This document shows positions 1-10,570 of a stretch of DNA of 64,000 nucleotides, piece after piece. Position numbers and translations under genes: made by a program. The DNA is taken from the IMG/VR virus record IMGVR_UViG_3300032007_000017; one strand, 5' to 3'. How positions within the stretch are numbered: the stretch's first letter is position 1; each line of letters opens with the position of its first letter. Below the pieces are notes generated by a model, which was not told the origin of the DNA, made no database searches, and worked only from the letters and a program-made list of their open reading frames with translations. Source of the DNA: a virus (taxonomy: Duplodnaviria > Caudoviricetes).

Positions 1-92
1 TTCAGGGCGATGGTTCTCTGAGACTCTGTGGTACATCGGTACTTCCTGATGGAAAGTCTCTTGAGTTCAAGACTGATGGGGAAACCCTTCAG

Positions 93-617
93 ATGAAGAA
101 CTTCGGTAAAGAGTATTATGCTTTCCATGATAAGGATACCATTATCGAAGGAGAAGACTGGGTTTATCCTACCGATATGCCTGTCATCTCCGATGAAATT
201 GAAGATGGTACTTATTGCCATGCTCATAATGGATCTATTATGAGTTGGTGTGTACTTGAAAATCGTATATGGGTTCTTGCCCCTAGAGACGGTCATCCTA
301 CTCCTTGGTATGAACTTACTGAGGGTTGGAAGGCTGGCCTTGAGCCTAAGGTTACAAGTAATGAAGGCGGCGAATTTGTCATTGCATGGTATGAGCCGTC
401 TAGTACCACTATAGAAGGACTCTCAAGCATAGTTGAGGGCCTCTCAGGAGAAGTAAGTGCTCTCAGTGAACGTGTAGCGTCCGTTGAGCAGAAGACTTTG
501 ACTCCTGATAACAGCACTATCTTTAAGACGAACACGAATGTGATTTACGTCAACGAGATTGAAACGTCTAAAGTTAAGGGTCTTAATGATACTTTAAGCT
601 GGAAAGACTATATGTAA
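93..617 (+). CDS. Probable virion structural protein; may be the C-terminal part of a gene starting before the window
   Basis: 174-aa ORF with a short coiled coil; ends LSWKDYM, like the LSWQTTM end of the next gene; followed by a hairpin at ~627-658. Confidence 0.5.
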   Translation: MKNFGKEYYAFHDKDTIIEGEDWVYPTDMPVISDEIEDGTYCHAHNGSIMSWCVLENRIWVLAPRDGHPTPWYELTEGWKAGLEPKVTSNEGGEFVIAWYEPSSTTIEGLSSIVEGLSGEVSALSERVASVEQKTLTPDNSTIFKTNTNVIYVNEIETSKVKGLNDTLSWKDYM

Positions 618-689
618 TCTATAGAGTCCTATACAGATAGTGATATTCTGTATAGGACTTTTTAGAAAAAAAGGTCGGATTTGTATTTC

Positions 690-701
690 AACAATATAAT
701 A
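690..701 (+). promoter_or_regulatory. AR9-type late promoter motif AACA-N6-TA (representative of about 15 copies)
   Basis: Also at 2124, 3727, 3901, 12604, 46954, 52958 (+) and 9701, 38392, 39162, 39268, 39485, 40157, 40954, 42434, 60892 (-), all intergenic; those upstream of genes are co-oriented with them. Confidence 0.75.
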
Positions 702-753
702 ATCCGATCAAGTAATTCGGAGTCCAAGAATAATTATAAGGAGGAATATACCT

Positions 754-2055
754 ATGCTTTCTTGGCACATTGTAACTGCTGCTACTTATTATGCTGCAGG
801 CACCTATGACGAGAACAAGCTGTACTTCCTGAGCGACACTGGCGAGATCTACAAGGGCGCTCTGCCGTTTAGTGAGGCAATTGCTTTCGTCGATGATACC
901 GCTTCGGGTGCTACTTTCGATACCGAGCTTGGTAAGATCACCAACCCGGCCCGTCGTAAGCTGTACGTCTCCAAGGCGACCCTGGCTGCTAAGACCTATG
1001 ATGGTACTGCTTGGCAGTGGGTCATCCATCCTGTCGTCGCTACTCTCGACGATACCAACACCACCGATCCCGTTTCCGGTAAGGCTGTTGCTGACTACGT
1101 CGCTGACGTTATCGGCGATTCCGAGACCTTCTTCCATGCTGTTGCCTATGATTCCACCTCGAAGGTTCTGTCCTTCACTGGTGGTGAGGACGGCAAGAAG
1201 CAGGTCACTCTGAATGGTCTGGCTTGCCAGATCACCTATGATGATACTACGGGCAAGCTTGCCATCAAGGACAAGGCTGGCACTGAGCTCTCTTCCATCA
1301 ACCTCGACCTCGAGCGTTTTGTGAAGAGTGGTACGTATAATGCCACGACCCGTAAGATCACGCTGTACTTCGATGATGCGAAGACCGACTACGTCGATAT
1401 CGATGTTGCCGACCTGATCAGCATCATTAGCGCTACCGATACCGATAGCGTTGACCTGACTGCTACCAACACCCAGCAGGGCACTGTCCTGAAGGCTGAT
1501 GTCAAGCTGGCCGCTGGTGCTGGTCATACTGATAACCTGATCAAGGTTATTGCTGGCGAGGGTCTGTATGTTGCTCCGACCGATCTGAGCGACTACATGC
1601 AGCTGGTCGATAATGCTACCAATGGTGACATTCTGACGGTTAACGCCAGTGGTCAGGCTGTTGATAGCGGCAAGAAGATCGGCGGCGGCACGATCAGCGT
1701 TGATCATGACGCTAACACCCTGGCTACCGAGGCTGCTGTTGAGGCCATTCGTGCTGCTCTGCAGACCAACATCGATGGCAAGATCGCTAAGGTTGCTGGC
1801 GCTACCGCTGGTAATCTCCCGACCCTGACCAACGATGGTCAGCTCTCCGACAGTGGTAAGGCTATCGGTGGTGCCACTCTGGCTGATACGCCGACTGCCA
1901 ATACCCTGGCTACTGAGGCTGCTGTCAAGAAGTATGCTGACGACCTCAAGACCAACTCCATCGTTCAGGATGTCGCTGCGAATGCTTCTGAGACCACTAA
2001 GGTTGCTAGCGTTAAGGCTATCGCCGATGCTCTCAGCTGGCAGACCACGATGTAA
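754..2055 (+). CDS. Putative virion fibre/decoration protein (Ala/Thr/Asp-rich, internal repeats)
   Basis: RBS AAGGAGG; AACA-N6-TA motif at 690-701; repeats GDILTVNASGQAVDSGK/GNLPTLTNDGQLSDSGK and ANTLATEAAV x2; terminator at ~2082-2112. Confidence 0.55.
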   Translation: MLSWHIVTAATYYAAGTYDENKLYFLSDTGEIYKGALPFSEAIAFVDDTASGATFDTELGKITNPARRKLYVSKATLAAKTYDGTAWQWVIHPVVATLDDTNTTDPVSGKAVADYVADVIGDSETFFHAVAYDSTSKVLSFTGGEDGKKQVTLNGLACQITYDDTTGKLAIKDKAGTELSSINLDLERFVKSGTYNATTRKITLYFDDAKTDYVDIDVADLISIISATDTDSVDLTATNTQQGTVLKADVKLAAGAGHTDNLIKVIAGEGLYVAPTDLSDYMQLVDNATNGDILTVNASGQAVDSGKKIGGGTISVDHDANTLATEAAVEAIRAALQTNIDGKIAKVAGATAGNLPTLTNDGQLSDSGKAIGGATLADTPTANTLATEAAVKKYADDLKTNSIVQDVAANASETTKVASVKAIADALSWQTTM

Positions 2056-2158
2056 TTCACTTACATCAAAAGTCAAACTTATCGAGAGGGACTTCGGTCC
2101 CTCTCGGTTTTTATTGTATAAAAAACAATAAAATAATTTATAGTATAGGGAGGATATT

Positions 2159-2344
2159 TTGATGATCATTGAAGTTCCTTATATGCCTGGTGAATCCAGG
2201 TTTTATTCTGATAAGGGAGTTAAGATCCAAAACAAAAAGACTGGTGAGATCTCTGATGAGATTATCTCCGATGAAAAGCTCGATCCTGCAGATTTTGTTG
2301 AATTGGATACTGCTGTTGACACTGATACTCCTATTGAGGAATAA
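2159..2344 (+). CDS. Small hypothetical protein
   Basis: RBS GGGAGG; AACA-N6-TA motif at 2124-2135. Confidence 0.6.
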   Translation: MMIIEVPYMPGESRFYSDKGVKIQNKKTGEISDEIISDEKLDPADFVELDTAVDTDTPIEE

Positions 2345-2398
2345 TTACACTAAATCAATTCACATCTTATTAATATCCTAAATAAGGAGTGTATTATT

Positions 2399-2968
2399 AT
2401 GCCGTTTTTCTTTAAGTTTAGAGACTGCTTAGAGTCTGAACTCGATTCTCAGTCTTTTATTTCCGGTACCTTCATTGTCACCAGAGATGCTGGTAATTTA
2501 TATTGCGATACATTAGCTGGTGATCGTTTACCTCTTGGACAGGTTGTTCATGTTGTTACTGGCTCTATTAGTAGCATTCTTTATCCTGAAAGTGGTCACT
2601 TCTATTATAGTACCACTGATAAGAATGTGTGCTTCTATTCTGATGGTACCTTCCAGCCGATCAATATGACCGTTGGCTATATTGATTATAAGAATATTCG
2701 TGTACCGGCTGCTGGAAGTGCTAGTGTTGCTATCAATACTGGCTATTCTGGAAGAATCATGTCTGTTGCTACTCTGAAGCTCGATACCGATATCTCGATC
2801 TATGATCTGGATGCAACACAATTTGTCGGAGCTGGTAAAGTTAGAGCTAACGCTGCTGTCAACACCAATGGAAGCTGGTCGATTCCTCTCGTCAACGAGA
2901 ATACCAATTATGATTGGCTTGGTGGAATTACCGCTGTTATCGTTCAGAGAACTGCACTGCCGTCGTAA
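2399..2968 (+). CDS. Hypothetical, probably virion-associated protein
   Basis: RBS AAGGAG; 189 aa; in a late gene cluster. Confidence 0.6.
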   Translation: MPFFFKFRDCLESELDSQSFISGTFIVTRDAGNLYCDTLAGDRLPLGQVVHVVTGSISSILYPESGHFYYSTTDKNVCFYSDGTFQPINMTVGYIDYKNIRVPAAGSASVAINTGYSGRIMSVATLKLDTDISIYDLDATQFVGAGKVRANAAVNTNGSWSIPLVNENTNYDWLGGITAVIVQRTALPS

Positions 2969-2980
2969 AGGGTGATATAA

Positions 2981-3709
2981 ATGGCTGAAAGACTTCCCAG
3001 TTTCGTTAAACGAGATGGTGAGTCCATCATATTCAATGAAGATGGAGAATTTATCTTCTATGTATATGATGAATTCTTTCAAAAAGAATATGCACAAGTT
3101 AAAGGAGATCTAGTTAATCTAATTGGTATCCTTGACTATGCTGTTTTCGATAAGAATGGTAAGAATAGTGGATTGAAGAGATTTTATTTCCCTTCTGTCT
3201 TTCTTACTAGACCTTATTCCATGGAAAAGATGAAAAACGTGAAGCTCACGAAAACTCAAGAGCCTCGCGACTATAGACTTCTTAGATATAAGAAAGGTGA
3301 TGCTATCATTGTCACTACAAAAGTTCCTCAAGAACTTCGTAGTGTGGAGGACTTTTATAAAGTCTTCTTATATGGTAAGCTTCCCACCACAATTCCTTAT
3401 GGAAAACTTCAAGATTACTTCCCTAAGAATATTGCCTTAAATGGCGGTAACTATGGAGTTAATCTTCAAGTATTCGGAATGGTTATAAGTGAAACATGTA
3501 GAGATCCTAATGACTTAAATAAGCCCTTTAGGATGACAAACTTTACAGATGAGACAGCTTATAAACCTATTTCGATTATTGATGTACCCAAATACATCTC
3601 TCCGCATCAATCTCTTACTTCCCAAAACTGGGATAGTGCTATTGTTGGTGCTATTATGCATCCGACTGATGTTGATTCTCCTTTGGAGAAGCTTGTTATG
3701 GGTCAATAA
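2981..3709 (+). CDS. Putative virion RNA polymerase small subunit (beta-prime C-terminal region)
   Basis: YFPKNIALNGGNYGVNLQVFGMVISETCR and SIIDVPKYISPHQSLTSQNWDSAIVGAI...SPLEKLVMG align by eye with the bacterial beta-prime C-terminal motifs ([47 protein letters not shown]). Confidence 0.55.
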   Translation: MAERLPSFVKRDGESIIFNEDGEFIFYVYDEFFQKEYAQVKGDLVNLIGILDYAVFDKNGKNSGLKRFYFPSVFLTRPYSMEKMKNVKLTKTQEPRDYRLLRYKKGDAIIVTTKVPQELRSVEDFYKVFLYGKLPTTIPYGKLQDYFPKNIALNGGNYGVNLQVFGMVISETCRDPNDLNKPFRMTNFTDETAYKPISIIDVPKYISPHQSLTSQNWDSAIVGAIMHPTDVDSPLEKLVMGQ

Positions 3710-3734
3710 GAAAAAATAAAGCCATCAACAAATT

Positions 3735-3875
3735 GATAAAGGACCAGCCAGTCCTGGTCCTTTATCTTTATTCATAAGCTTGTCGACTTAAGCTCATGAA
3801 TGATCCGATCGTCTAAACAAACCGGGATAGCTAAACGATCAGGAAGACGGGTAGCAGAAATGCTACCCGTCGTTC
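3735..3875 (+). other. Multi-hairpin non-coding unit between two promoter motifs (candidate sRNA or leader)
   Basis: AACA-N6-TA at 3727-3738 and 3901-3912; four consecutive stems including GACGGGTAGCA-GAAA-TGCTACCCGTC. Confidence 0.4.
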
Positions 3876-3980
3876 TATCTATGCCTCATTGCTGAAGTTT
3901 AACATAGCAGTAAAGCACAAATACCACATTAAGTATGTCATTTTTGTGGCTTAAAATTTGTTATAAAGGAGGAAACTTCC

Positions 3981-5861
3981 ATGATTCCTGGTACTTTCTT
4001 TGAATGGGATGACCAGAGTGAGATCATTAATCTTGATATTGTTCAAGTGAGAACAATGCCATTATTTGCTCAGGTCTTCACATCTGATAAGGGAGAGGAA
4101 GGATGGACTAAGCTTAGTGGCCAGGATTGGTTTGATATGTACGCTGTCAACAACACTGTTGACTTCTCGCGTCATGGACAGCCTCTCCTTCAGACGGCTA
4201 TGGCCGTTAATGCTGGTGCTGAGATCCTTAGCAAGCGTGTTGTTGCTGATGATGCGGCACTGGCTAATATTGCGGTTATTGCCCAGGTCGTTCCTGGTTC
4301 TACTTCTACGTCTCCGGCTACAATCTCTTATACTCTTAAATCTGCTTCTGGATGCAAGACTCAGGCTGAGATTATCTCTGCCATTAGTGCTGCAGTAAAA
4401 GCAGATAATGATGCAGAAGAGGCTGCAGCCGAAGAAGCTGGAAGAGAGCCCAATCTGTTCTATCCTCTGTGGATTTTCTTCGATAATGGTCGTGGTGAGT
4501 CGAAGAAGCGTATTCGCATTTCTCCGAACTACAACCTGTCGAAGAACTATACGAATTTCTTCATGTATGATCTTGACGTGCTTGAGAGCAATTCTGAGTT
4601 TGATACTCTGCATTTCTGCCTCAATTCCGACATGATCAATAATGGCGAGAACATCTCGCTTCAGTATGTTGTCCATACTCAGTCTAATCAGATCGATGCC
4701 TACCAGTATAGCGAAGATATCCGTAGCTTTATGGATGCTGTTATAGCTAAACTTCCCGAAGGCACTGAGAATCCTGAGGGACTCGATCTTATCTTTGCAC
4801 ATGATAAGAAGGGTCGTTCAATTAGTACTGTCGTTGTCAGTGATACCGATGTTGATCTTTCGATCAATTCTGGTACTCTGCTGATGAATGGTTCTAACGG
4901 CTCCTTTGGCGATTCGCCTATCACTGCAGAGAACTATGGTCTTATGCTTGCTAAGGCTTTTGCTGGTTATGTGCCGCAGGGTCAGCGTAGCTTTAAGATT
5001 CTGACAGCTAAAGATGGTTGCTATGATCCCATTATTTACAATGTCGATCGCTACTATATCGATGCTGTTATGGATGCAAACTATCCCGATGTGGTTAAGC
5101 GTGCTATCGAGCAGCTTGTTACCTATCGTGAGGATTGCTTCTACTTCCGCGATATGGGTACCGATAAGAACACGATTGATCTGATTCTGTCTGCTAATGA
5201 CGATATGATGAAGACCAAGTTCGCTGGTACTTATTGCACGTACTATGATGTCATCAACCCGTACTCTCGTAAGCAGATCACTGTTACGATGATGTACTCG
5301 ATGGCTCAGCTGGTTGTCCAGCAGTTCAACAATGGTCGTAACCTGCCGATGGCTGGTATCAAGTATGGTTTTACCATTACTGATGCTATCGAAGGCACTG
5401 TTGGCTTTACGCCGACTATCTGCCCGGGCCTCAATCAGAAAGAAGATCTGCTTGATGCTCGTATCAACTATGCGACCTATATTGACAATGCACTTGTTAT
5501 TGAGTCTCTGTATACCTCTCAGGAGAAGTACAGCCAGCTCAGTTTCATGAACAATGTCATTGCTACTCAGGAAGTTATTAAGGAGATCCGTCGTAGATGC
5601 CCGGCTCTGCGTTATAGCTTCATTGATGGCGATGATCTTGAGAAGTATCGTGCGGATGTTGAAGAGGTAATTGCTCCCTTTGTGTCTAACTTCAAGAGTC
5701 TGACACTCGAGTATAAGCAGGATCCTTATTACACTCGCAATAAGATCTTCTATGCAGTGCTTGCTGTTCGGTATCGTGACTTTGTCCAGACCGAATACTT
5801 CAAGATTACTGCCCTTAGCAGCGATACTAGTGTTGATACCACTAGCAGCGCTACTGTCTAA
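3981..5861 (+). CDS. Tail sheath protein
   Basis: 626 aa; MIPGTFFEWDDQS N-terminus and sheath-like C-terminus (LLDARINY..., QLSFMNNV, AVLAVRYRDFVQTEYFKI); followed by a tube-sized gene. Confidence 0.85.
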   Translation: MIPGTFFEWDDQSEIINLDIVQVRTMPLFAQVFTSDKGEEGWTKLSGQDWFDMYAVNNTVDFSRHGQPLLQTAMAVNAGAEILSKRVVADDAALANIAVIAQVVPGSTSTSPATISYTLKSASGCKTQAEIISAISAAVKADNDAEEAAAEEAGREPNLFYPLWIFFDNGRGESKKRIRISPNYNLSKNYTNFFMYDLDVLESNSEFDTLHFCLNSDMINNGENISLQYVVHTQSNQIDAYQYSEDIRSFMDAVIAKLPEGTENPEGLDLIFAHDKKGRSISTVVVSDTDVDLSINSGTLLMNGSNGSFGDSPITAENYGLMLAKAFAGYVPQGQRSFKILTAKDGCYDPIIYNVDRYYIDAVMDANYPDVVKRAIEQLVTYREDCFYFRDMGTDKNTIDLILSANDDMMKTKFAGTYCTYYDVINPYSRKQITVTMMYSMAQLVVQQFNNGRNLPMAGIKYGFTITDAIEGTVGFTPTICPGLNQKEDLLDARINYATYIDNALVIESLYTSQEKYSQLSFMNNVIATQEVIKEIRRRCPALRYSFIDGDDLEKYRADVEEVIAPFVSNFKSLTLEYKQDPYYTRNKIFYAVLAVRYRDFVQTEYFKITALSSDTSVDTTSSATV

Positions 5862-5884
5862 TCTGTAGAAAGGAGTATATAGAT

Positions 5885-6784
5885 ATGGGACAGTATTACA
5901 TGTTTAATGACCTGAAGTCCGCTCGTGATATTACCAAGTACACGTTATTCCGTGGTACTACCGACTGGACTCAGCTTGAACAGTTCGATATGTATGAGTC
6001 TGGCTATAACTATCTCGTCATGATCAGCATGCCTAAGTTCATTCGTGATATGGCTGAGCAGGATCCTGAGGTTGATAAGCTGGCTAAGGCTTATAAGCAT
6101 ATTATTGAACGTGACTTCCTTGGTTTCGACAGTGGTCTCGACAATATCAGTGTTGAAACTCAGGAGATCTCCAATAACGTTCAGTCTGTCAACGTTATCA
6201 CGAAGGTTAATGCACCTAGTGCTACCACCTTCTCTATGACACTGCGTGAGCGTAGTGGAACCCCGATTACGAGAATGCATGAGCTTTATCTGCGTTGTCT
6301 GAAGGATCCTGGAACTGAGTTTAAGACTTACAATGGTCTGATTCAGCTTCCTGGTATTACCACAGACAAGGAAGGATTCTATATCGATCCGAAGGATGCT
6401 GGATTCCATAAGGAATGCTTCTCCTTCCTCTATATGGCAACTGATAATACCGGTCTGCTTCTTGAGCGTGCTGTGTATTATGTTTGCTGCCAGCCTCAGA
6501 GTGCTAACCTTGAGATCTACAATGGTCAGCATGGTACTCCTGAATTCCAGCAGGTTTCCTGCGAGTTCAGTGGTCTGCCTCTGATGAGCGATAGGATCAA
6601 TGAACAGGCTAAGCGTATCCTTAACTGGATGAACAACAAGGCCAATGAGAATATGGTTCAGCGTAATAGCTGGAACTTCGATTATGAGCAGGTTGCTGGA
6701 CGCAGAATTGATGGAAACAGAATGGATGATTCTGCCGCACGTGATCATGGTCTGCTTCAATCCAGTCTTATTGGCAATCAGTAA
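5885..6784 (+). CDS. Tail tube protein (probable)
   Basis: 299 aa directly after the sheath gene; beta-rich tube-like pattern (FSMTLRERSG, QQVSCEFSG). Confidence 0.7.
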   Translation: MGQYYMFNDLKSARDITKYTLFRGTTDWTQLEQFDMYESGYNYLVMISMPKFIRDMAEQDPEVDKLAKAYKHIIERDFLGFDSGLDNISVETQEISNNVQSVNVITKVNAPSATTFSMTLRERSGTPITRMHELYLRCLKDPGTEFKTYNGLIQLPGITTDKEGFYIDPKDAGFHKECFSFLYMATDNTGLLLERAVYYVCCQPQSANLEIYNGQHGTPEFQQVSCEFSGLPLMSDRINEQAKRILNWMNNKANENMVQRNSWNFDYEQVAGRRIDGNRMDDSAARDHGLLQSSLIGNQ

Positions 6785-6789
6785 TAACC

Positions 6790-6822
6790 AAAAGAGAGTC
6801 CCATTTTGGGACTCTCTTTTTT
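6790..6822. terminator. Bidirectional intrinsic terminator
   Basis: AAAAGAGAGTCCC-ATTTT-GGGACTCTCTTTT between convergent genes. Confidence 0.75.
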
Positions 6823-7159
6823 ATTGGTTTTTAGAAACCCATACTCGTATTCCTGATAGAATCTTTTCGAAATCTTCATCGGACATATTGTATATCTGAT
6901 CTCTTGTATATGTGAGTCTTCTATCTGGACTATGCAAGATATGCATACTATCCTGATTCCAATTGGATGAATACAAAATTAATAAACGTTGTTTATATCT
7001 TGTACGCAGATCTTCAGCATTTTCCATTTTAATCTCTCTTTCTATTGCATCATAATCAATGTCTTTATTAGTTTCTTTTATGCATTTATCTACATATTCT
7101 AAAATAGATTCTGGGGTAGTAAGATATTTATCATAATAATTATCTGGTATTATTCCCAT
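6821..7159 (-). CDS. Hypothetical protein
   Basis: 112-aa ORF with RBS AAAGGATG. Confidence 0.6.
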   Translation of the reverse strand: MGIIPDNYYDKYLTTPESILEYVDKCIKETNKDIDYDAIEREIKMENAEDLRTRYKQRLLILYSSNWNQDSMHILHSPDRRLTYTRDQIYNMSDEDFEKILSGIRVWVSKNQ

Positions 7160-7220
7160 TTTATCACATCCTTTTTAATATAATGTATCCGAGGGTATCA
7201 AAAGATACCCTCGGTTTTTA

Positions 7221-9677
7221 TTATTGCTGGTCTTCTTCACCTTTTCTGGATACTTCGACAAGTTGTCTGGACTTTCTGAGAATCTCTTCATGACGAGAGA
7301 TATCAAGATGAGTACCAAGATAGAAGTAATAGAGTTGTCTCATATACTCATTCTTAATAGCCTCATCCTGCTCATTGGCGAGATCAAACTCAGTGACATT
7401 CTGAACAAACTGTTTTGTATTCTCTGCAATCTGATTGGTATTTGCAGTATTGATAAAGACAGGCGGCGGGAAACTAGCTTCAAGCTCAACATTCTCTTTA
7501 TATTCAAAGTTATAGATCTTAGTGCAAATCCTAGACACAAACGGGGAGAATACAGATTGTCTTGCATAGATCTTTCTTAAGAACTTAGAGTTTGCCATAG
7601 AAAGCTGAGAAGCATAATCTACAGACATACGAGACTGAATAATTTCAAAAGGCACGCCAATAGAATTGATTGCCATTTCTTTGACTTGTTCAAGTTGCTC
7701 TGAATTGTCTGTAAACTGTTGGCCAGGCATAGTTTGAATATCAATGGGAGAATTACCATCTGTGCCAACTGGGATAAAGAGGTCATTAAATTTACCAGTA
7801 ATATTTAAGACATTATTGATATTAGAGAACTGTCTAAAACCAAAATTGCCTTGCTTTACTTGGTTAATGACATTTAAAAGAGTCTGAGCTATATTGGTAT
7901 CAACCTGTTGTTTGACATAATAAACTCTCTTATCTTGTCCTCTCACAAGCCTACCAATAGCATCAGTGATATACATAGAAGCATAGATCTTAGCAGGTAC
8001 CATTGCCTTATCAAGATCAGAAATACCTCTATGAGTAATGGGATCGAGTTTAAAGTATACATGAACCATATCCTCAGGCGGAATAAAGGTAATTTTTACC
8101 TTATCGATAGCCGGAGTATTAAAGAGATCATTATACTTTAAAATCTGGTAAATCTCTTCTCTAAGATCCTGATTTGCCTGAATAAACTGCTTATCAATAA
8201 ACTGGGAAAGTTGCCCAGCGACATATTTTAGCAGTTCTTCTTGACGAGAAGGATCAACACAGTTAAACGGAGCATTCATACCAGAGTTAGATCCTCTAAG
8301 AGATGTAAGAGAATCGCTCATGATATAGTTCAATCCTCTGAAGTCTTCAAGAGCTTCATAAGATCTAAGCTCAATGTAATAATATCCTAAGCAGGTATTA
8401 TTAGATCCAATGTAAATAGGAATGACTTGTTCACGCTTAATACGAGATACAACGCAACCAGGAACATCGACAGTTATCTCAGGTCTATTATCTCTCTGAT
8501 TTGCAAATCCAATTAAGCCATCAGAAACAAGCTCATTCTTGTGGTTCGTCTCATCATCAATATCTTCTTCAATACCATCAACGACAAGCTTACCACTCTT
8601 TTTATCTTTCTTAACGATCTTAAGATCTTTCTTGCCTTCATTCAATGCTACTTCATTCAAGAATTGAGCTGAAGTAGATTCCATAAATCCTTTTCTCTTA
8701 TTGGTAATCTGAGCATTTCTAACTTCAGATTCGATAATACCACGACGGCAAATCTCAACCTGAAGATGGAAAGATTCAGACTGATTGAGAAGGGATTGCA
8801 TCTGCGGTTGATCAATACGATGTCCGGCCTTTACAGAAGAACCTTCTGTAACAACAGCGGATTCTATGACATATTGAGGGTTTGCAGACTCTAAGACAGA
8901 TGCTTTTGTATTATCGCTAATGACAGAACGTTTATTATCAATAGACAGCATGAATGTCTCATTAAGCCTATCATCGGTTCCAACAGCAGACTCATGCTCA
9001 ATATTAGCAGAAGTTATTGGATTAGTATAAGGCTTATCAGTAAGCAATCTACTTAAAGCAGTCTTATACGGGACAATGTAAACGAAGTCTTCACCATACT
9101 TAGAAGCATGGTAATAGACATCTTCTATAAAAGGAAGAAGATTATATCTCTTCTTGAGATCTTTACAACGTTCATCGAAAGTTGTATCATCATCTTCTCC
9201 AATAGACAGATTCTTTAAAGTCAAGAAATCTTTAGAGAAATAGTCAGGAGAGAGAACTCCTTCTTTAAGAATAAGAAGAGCTTCTTCAAGATCAGGAAAG
9301 TACTTACAAGTAGAATCAATCTCTGCGTCCATCTCCATAAGATATCTATTGGACTGGAAAACAGCAAAGAAATCATCATAATTCAGAGCATCATCAAAGA
9401 ATTTAGAAACGCCATTTTTGCCATTTATTCTTGATGTCTCTGTATCAAATTTAAACTTAAGCCTAGAATAAAGCTTCGAAACGCTAGGAATTCCCATAGT
9501 ATTGATATTCGAAGCGACGATATCATCCAAATTAGAACTGATATCTTTTCTAAGCCTATCTATATTAGCATTATTAGACGGGGATGTAAAGTACGTAGTT
9601 TGATAAAGAGATGACATAGATCGATTTACACGACCCATGAGACCTCTTAAACCACGTCTCTGGTCATTATCGGGCAT
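7221..9677 (-). CDS. Portal protein
   Basis: C-terminal half matches T4 gp20-type motifs by eye (GRLVRGQDKRVYYV; DLFIP..G.SPIDIQTMPG; AINSIGVP; SKFLRKIYARQ); AACA-N6-TA motif at 9701-9712. Confidence 0.75.
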   Translation of the reverse strand: MPDNDQRRGLRGLMGRVNRSMSSLYQTTYFTSPSNNANIDRLRKDISSNLDDIVASNINTMGIPSVSKLYSRLKFKFDTETSRINGKNGVSKFFDDALNYDDFFAVFQSNRYLMEMDAEIDSTCKYFPDLEEALLILKEGVLSPDYFSKDFLTLKNLSIGEDDDTTFDERCKDLKKRYNLLPFIEDVYYHASKYGEDFVYIVPYKTALSRLLTDKPYTNPITSANIEHESAVGTDDRLNETFMLSIDNKRSVISDNTKASVLESANPQYVIESAVVTEGSSVKAGHRIDQPQMQSLLNQSESFHLQVEICRRGIIESEVRNAQITNKRKGFMESTSAQFLNEVALNEGKKDLKIVKKDKKSGKLVVDGIEEDIDDETNHKNELVSDGLIGFANQRDNRPEITVDVPGCVVSRIKREQVIPIYIGSNNTCLGYYYIELRSYEALEDFRGLNYIMSDSLTSLRGSNSGMNAPFNCVDPSRQEELLKYVAGQLSQFIDKQFIQANQDLREEIYQILKYNDLFNTPAIDKVKITFIPPEDMVHVYFKLDPITHRGISDLDKAMVPAKIYASMYITDAIGRLVRGQDKRVYYVKQQVDTNIAQTLLNVINQVKQGNFGFRQFSNINNVLNITGKFNDLFIPVGTDGNSPIDIQTMPGQQFTDNSEQLEQVKEMAINSIGVPFEIIQSRMSVDYASQLSMANSKFLRKIYARQSVFSPFVSRICTKIYNFEYKENVELEASFPPPVFINTANTNQIAENTKQFVQNVTEFDLANEQDEAIKNEYMRQLYYFYLGTHLDISRHEEILRKSRQLVEVSRKGEEDQQ

Positions 9678-9757
9678 AATCTCACCTCGAAATCATTAAT
9701 TATTAAAGTGTTGAGGACAAAAAATAAAGCTAGAGATAACCCCTAGCTTTATTTTAA

Positions 9758-10570
9758 TTATGAATCCAAATGAATAAACGTAGCATACGTTGACTCTATA
9801 AACTGTCCAGGATAAATATATTTGAATGGATTCTTTTTATGAGTGACAATAAACTGAATCTCGAATATTTTGGGATTGTCCAATCTATCTCTCAGTTTAA
9901 TATCAAGAGAATCATCTTTATTTATCGGGAATAGAGTCTTAAACATAAAGAATCCATAATTCCTTTTATCGACTTCAAGATTTACATAGCTTTCTCCCAT
10001 CATAACCTTATTAGCTAGCACTGATGCAATGGTATCATTAAGATGCATAGCATAATAGGTCTTGATAGGTTCGGAAACTAATTGTCTAGAATGAAGAAAT
10101 CCGTTTACTAGACTGATTACATTCGGAAGCATAACAGATTTTCTACCATCTGGACCATACAAATCTACAAAATCAATTGGTTCATTGAGTCTAGTGTTTA
10201 CCAGACCCCAGAGAGATGCATCAGATATAGGTCTCCATACAGGTTGTATATACTTGAATTCTTCTCTCATAGATAATGGAACCATTGCCCATTGAAGATC
10301 TTCAAGTATTGCAAAGTCTATATATTTATTGACTATATCTGCATCTACTGTATCATATCTGAATATGAATGAGGATGGAACCTCTAGTTCTAGTGGGAGA
10401 GGCATCTCCCTAATGGAATGTATCTCATCTGGAATTCCATAGATAGCATGCCTCTCCGCACAAACGTAATAGAAGTGGCAACCTTTCATAGCTTTTGCGA
10501 TTGTGATAATAATATCAAATCGCTTTACTACTTTATAACTAGAAGGATTGATTGGGTGTGACAGCCACAT
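9758..10570 (-). CDS. Hypothetical protein
   Basis: 270-aa ORF overlapping the 3' end of the DNA polymerase gene; exact start uncertain. Confidence 0.6.
   Translation of the reverse strand: MWLSHPINPSSYKVVKRFDIIITIAKAMKGCHFYYVCAERHAIYGIPDEIHSIREMPLPLELEVPSSFIFRYDTVDADIVNKYIDFAILEDLQWAMVPLSMREEFKYIQPVWRPISDASLWGLVNTRLNEPIDFVDLYGPDGRKSVMLPNVISLVNGFLHSRQLVSEPIKTYYAMHLNDTIASVLANKVMMGESYVNLEVDKRNYGFFMFKTLFPINKDDSLDIKLRDRLDNPKIFEIQFIVTHKKNPFKYIYPGQFIESTYATFIHLDS

Noticed and set aside
688-2169. Long antisense ORFs (688-2169, 4062-4802, 5945-6760, 27217-27912, 33868-34674, 49944-50603 and others)
   Set aside because: Shadows of biased codon usage on the coding strand; no RBS or recognisable motifs.
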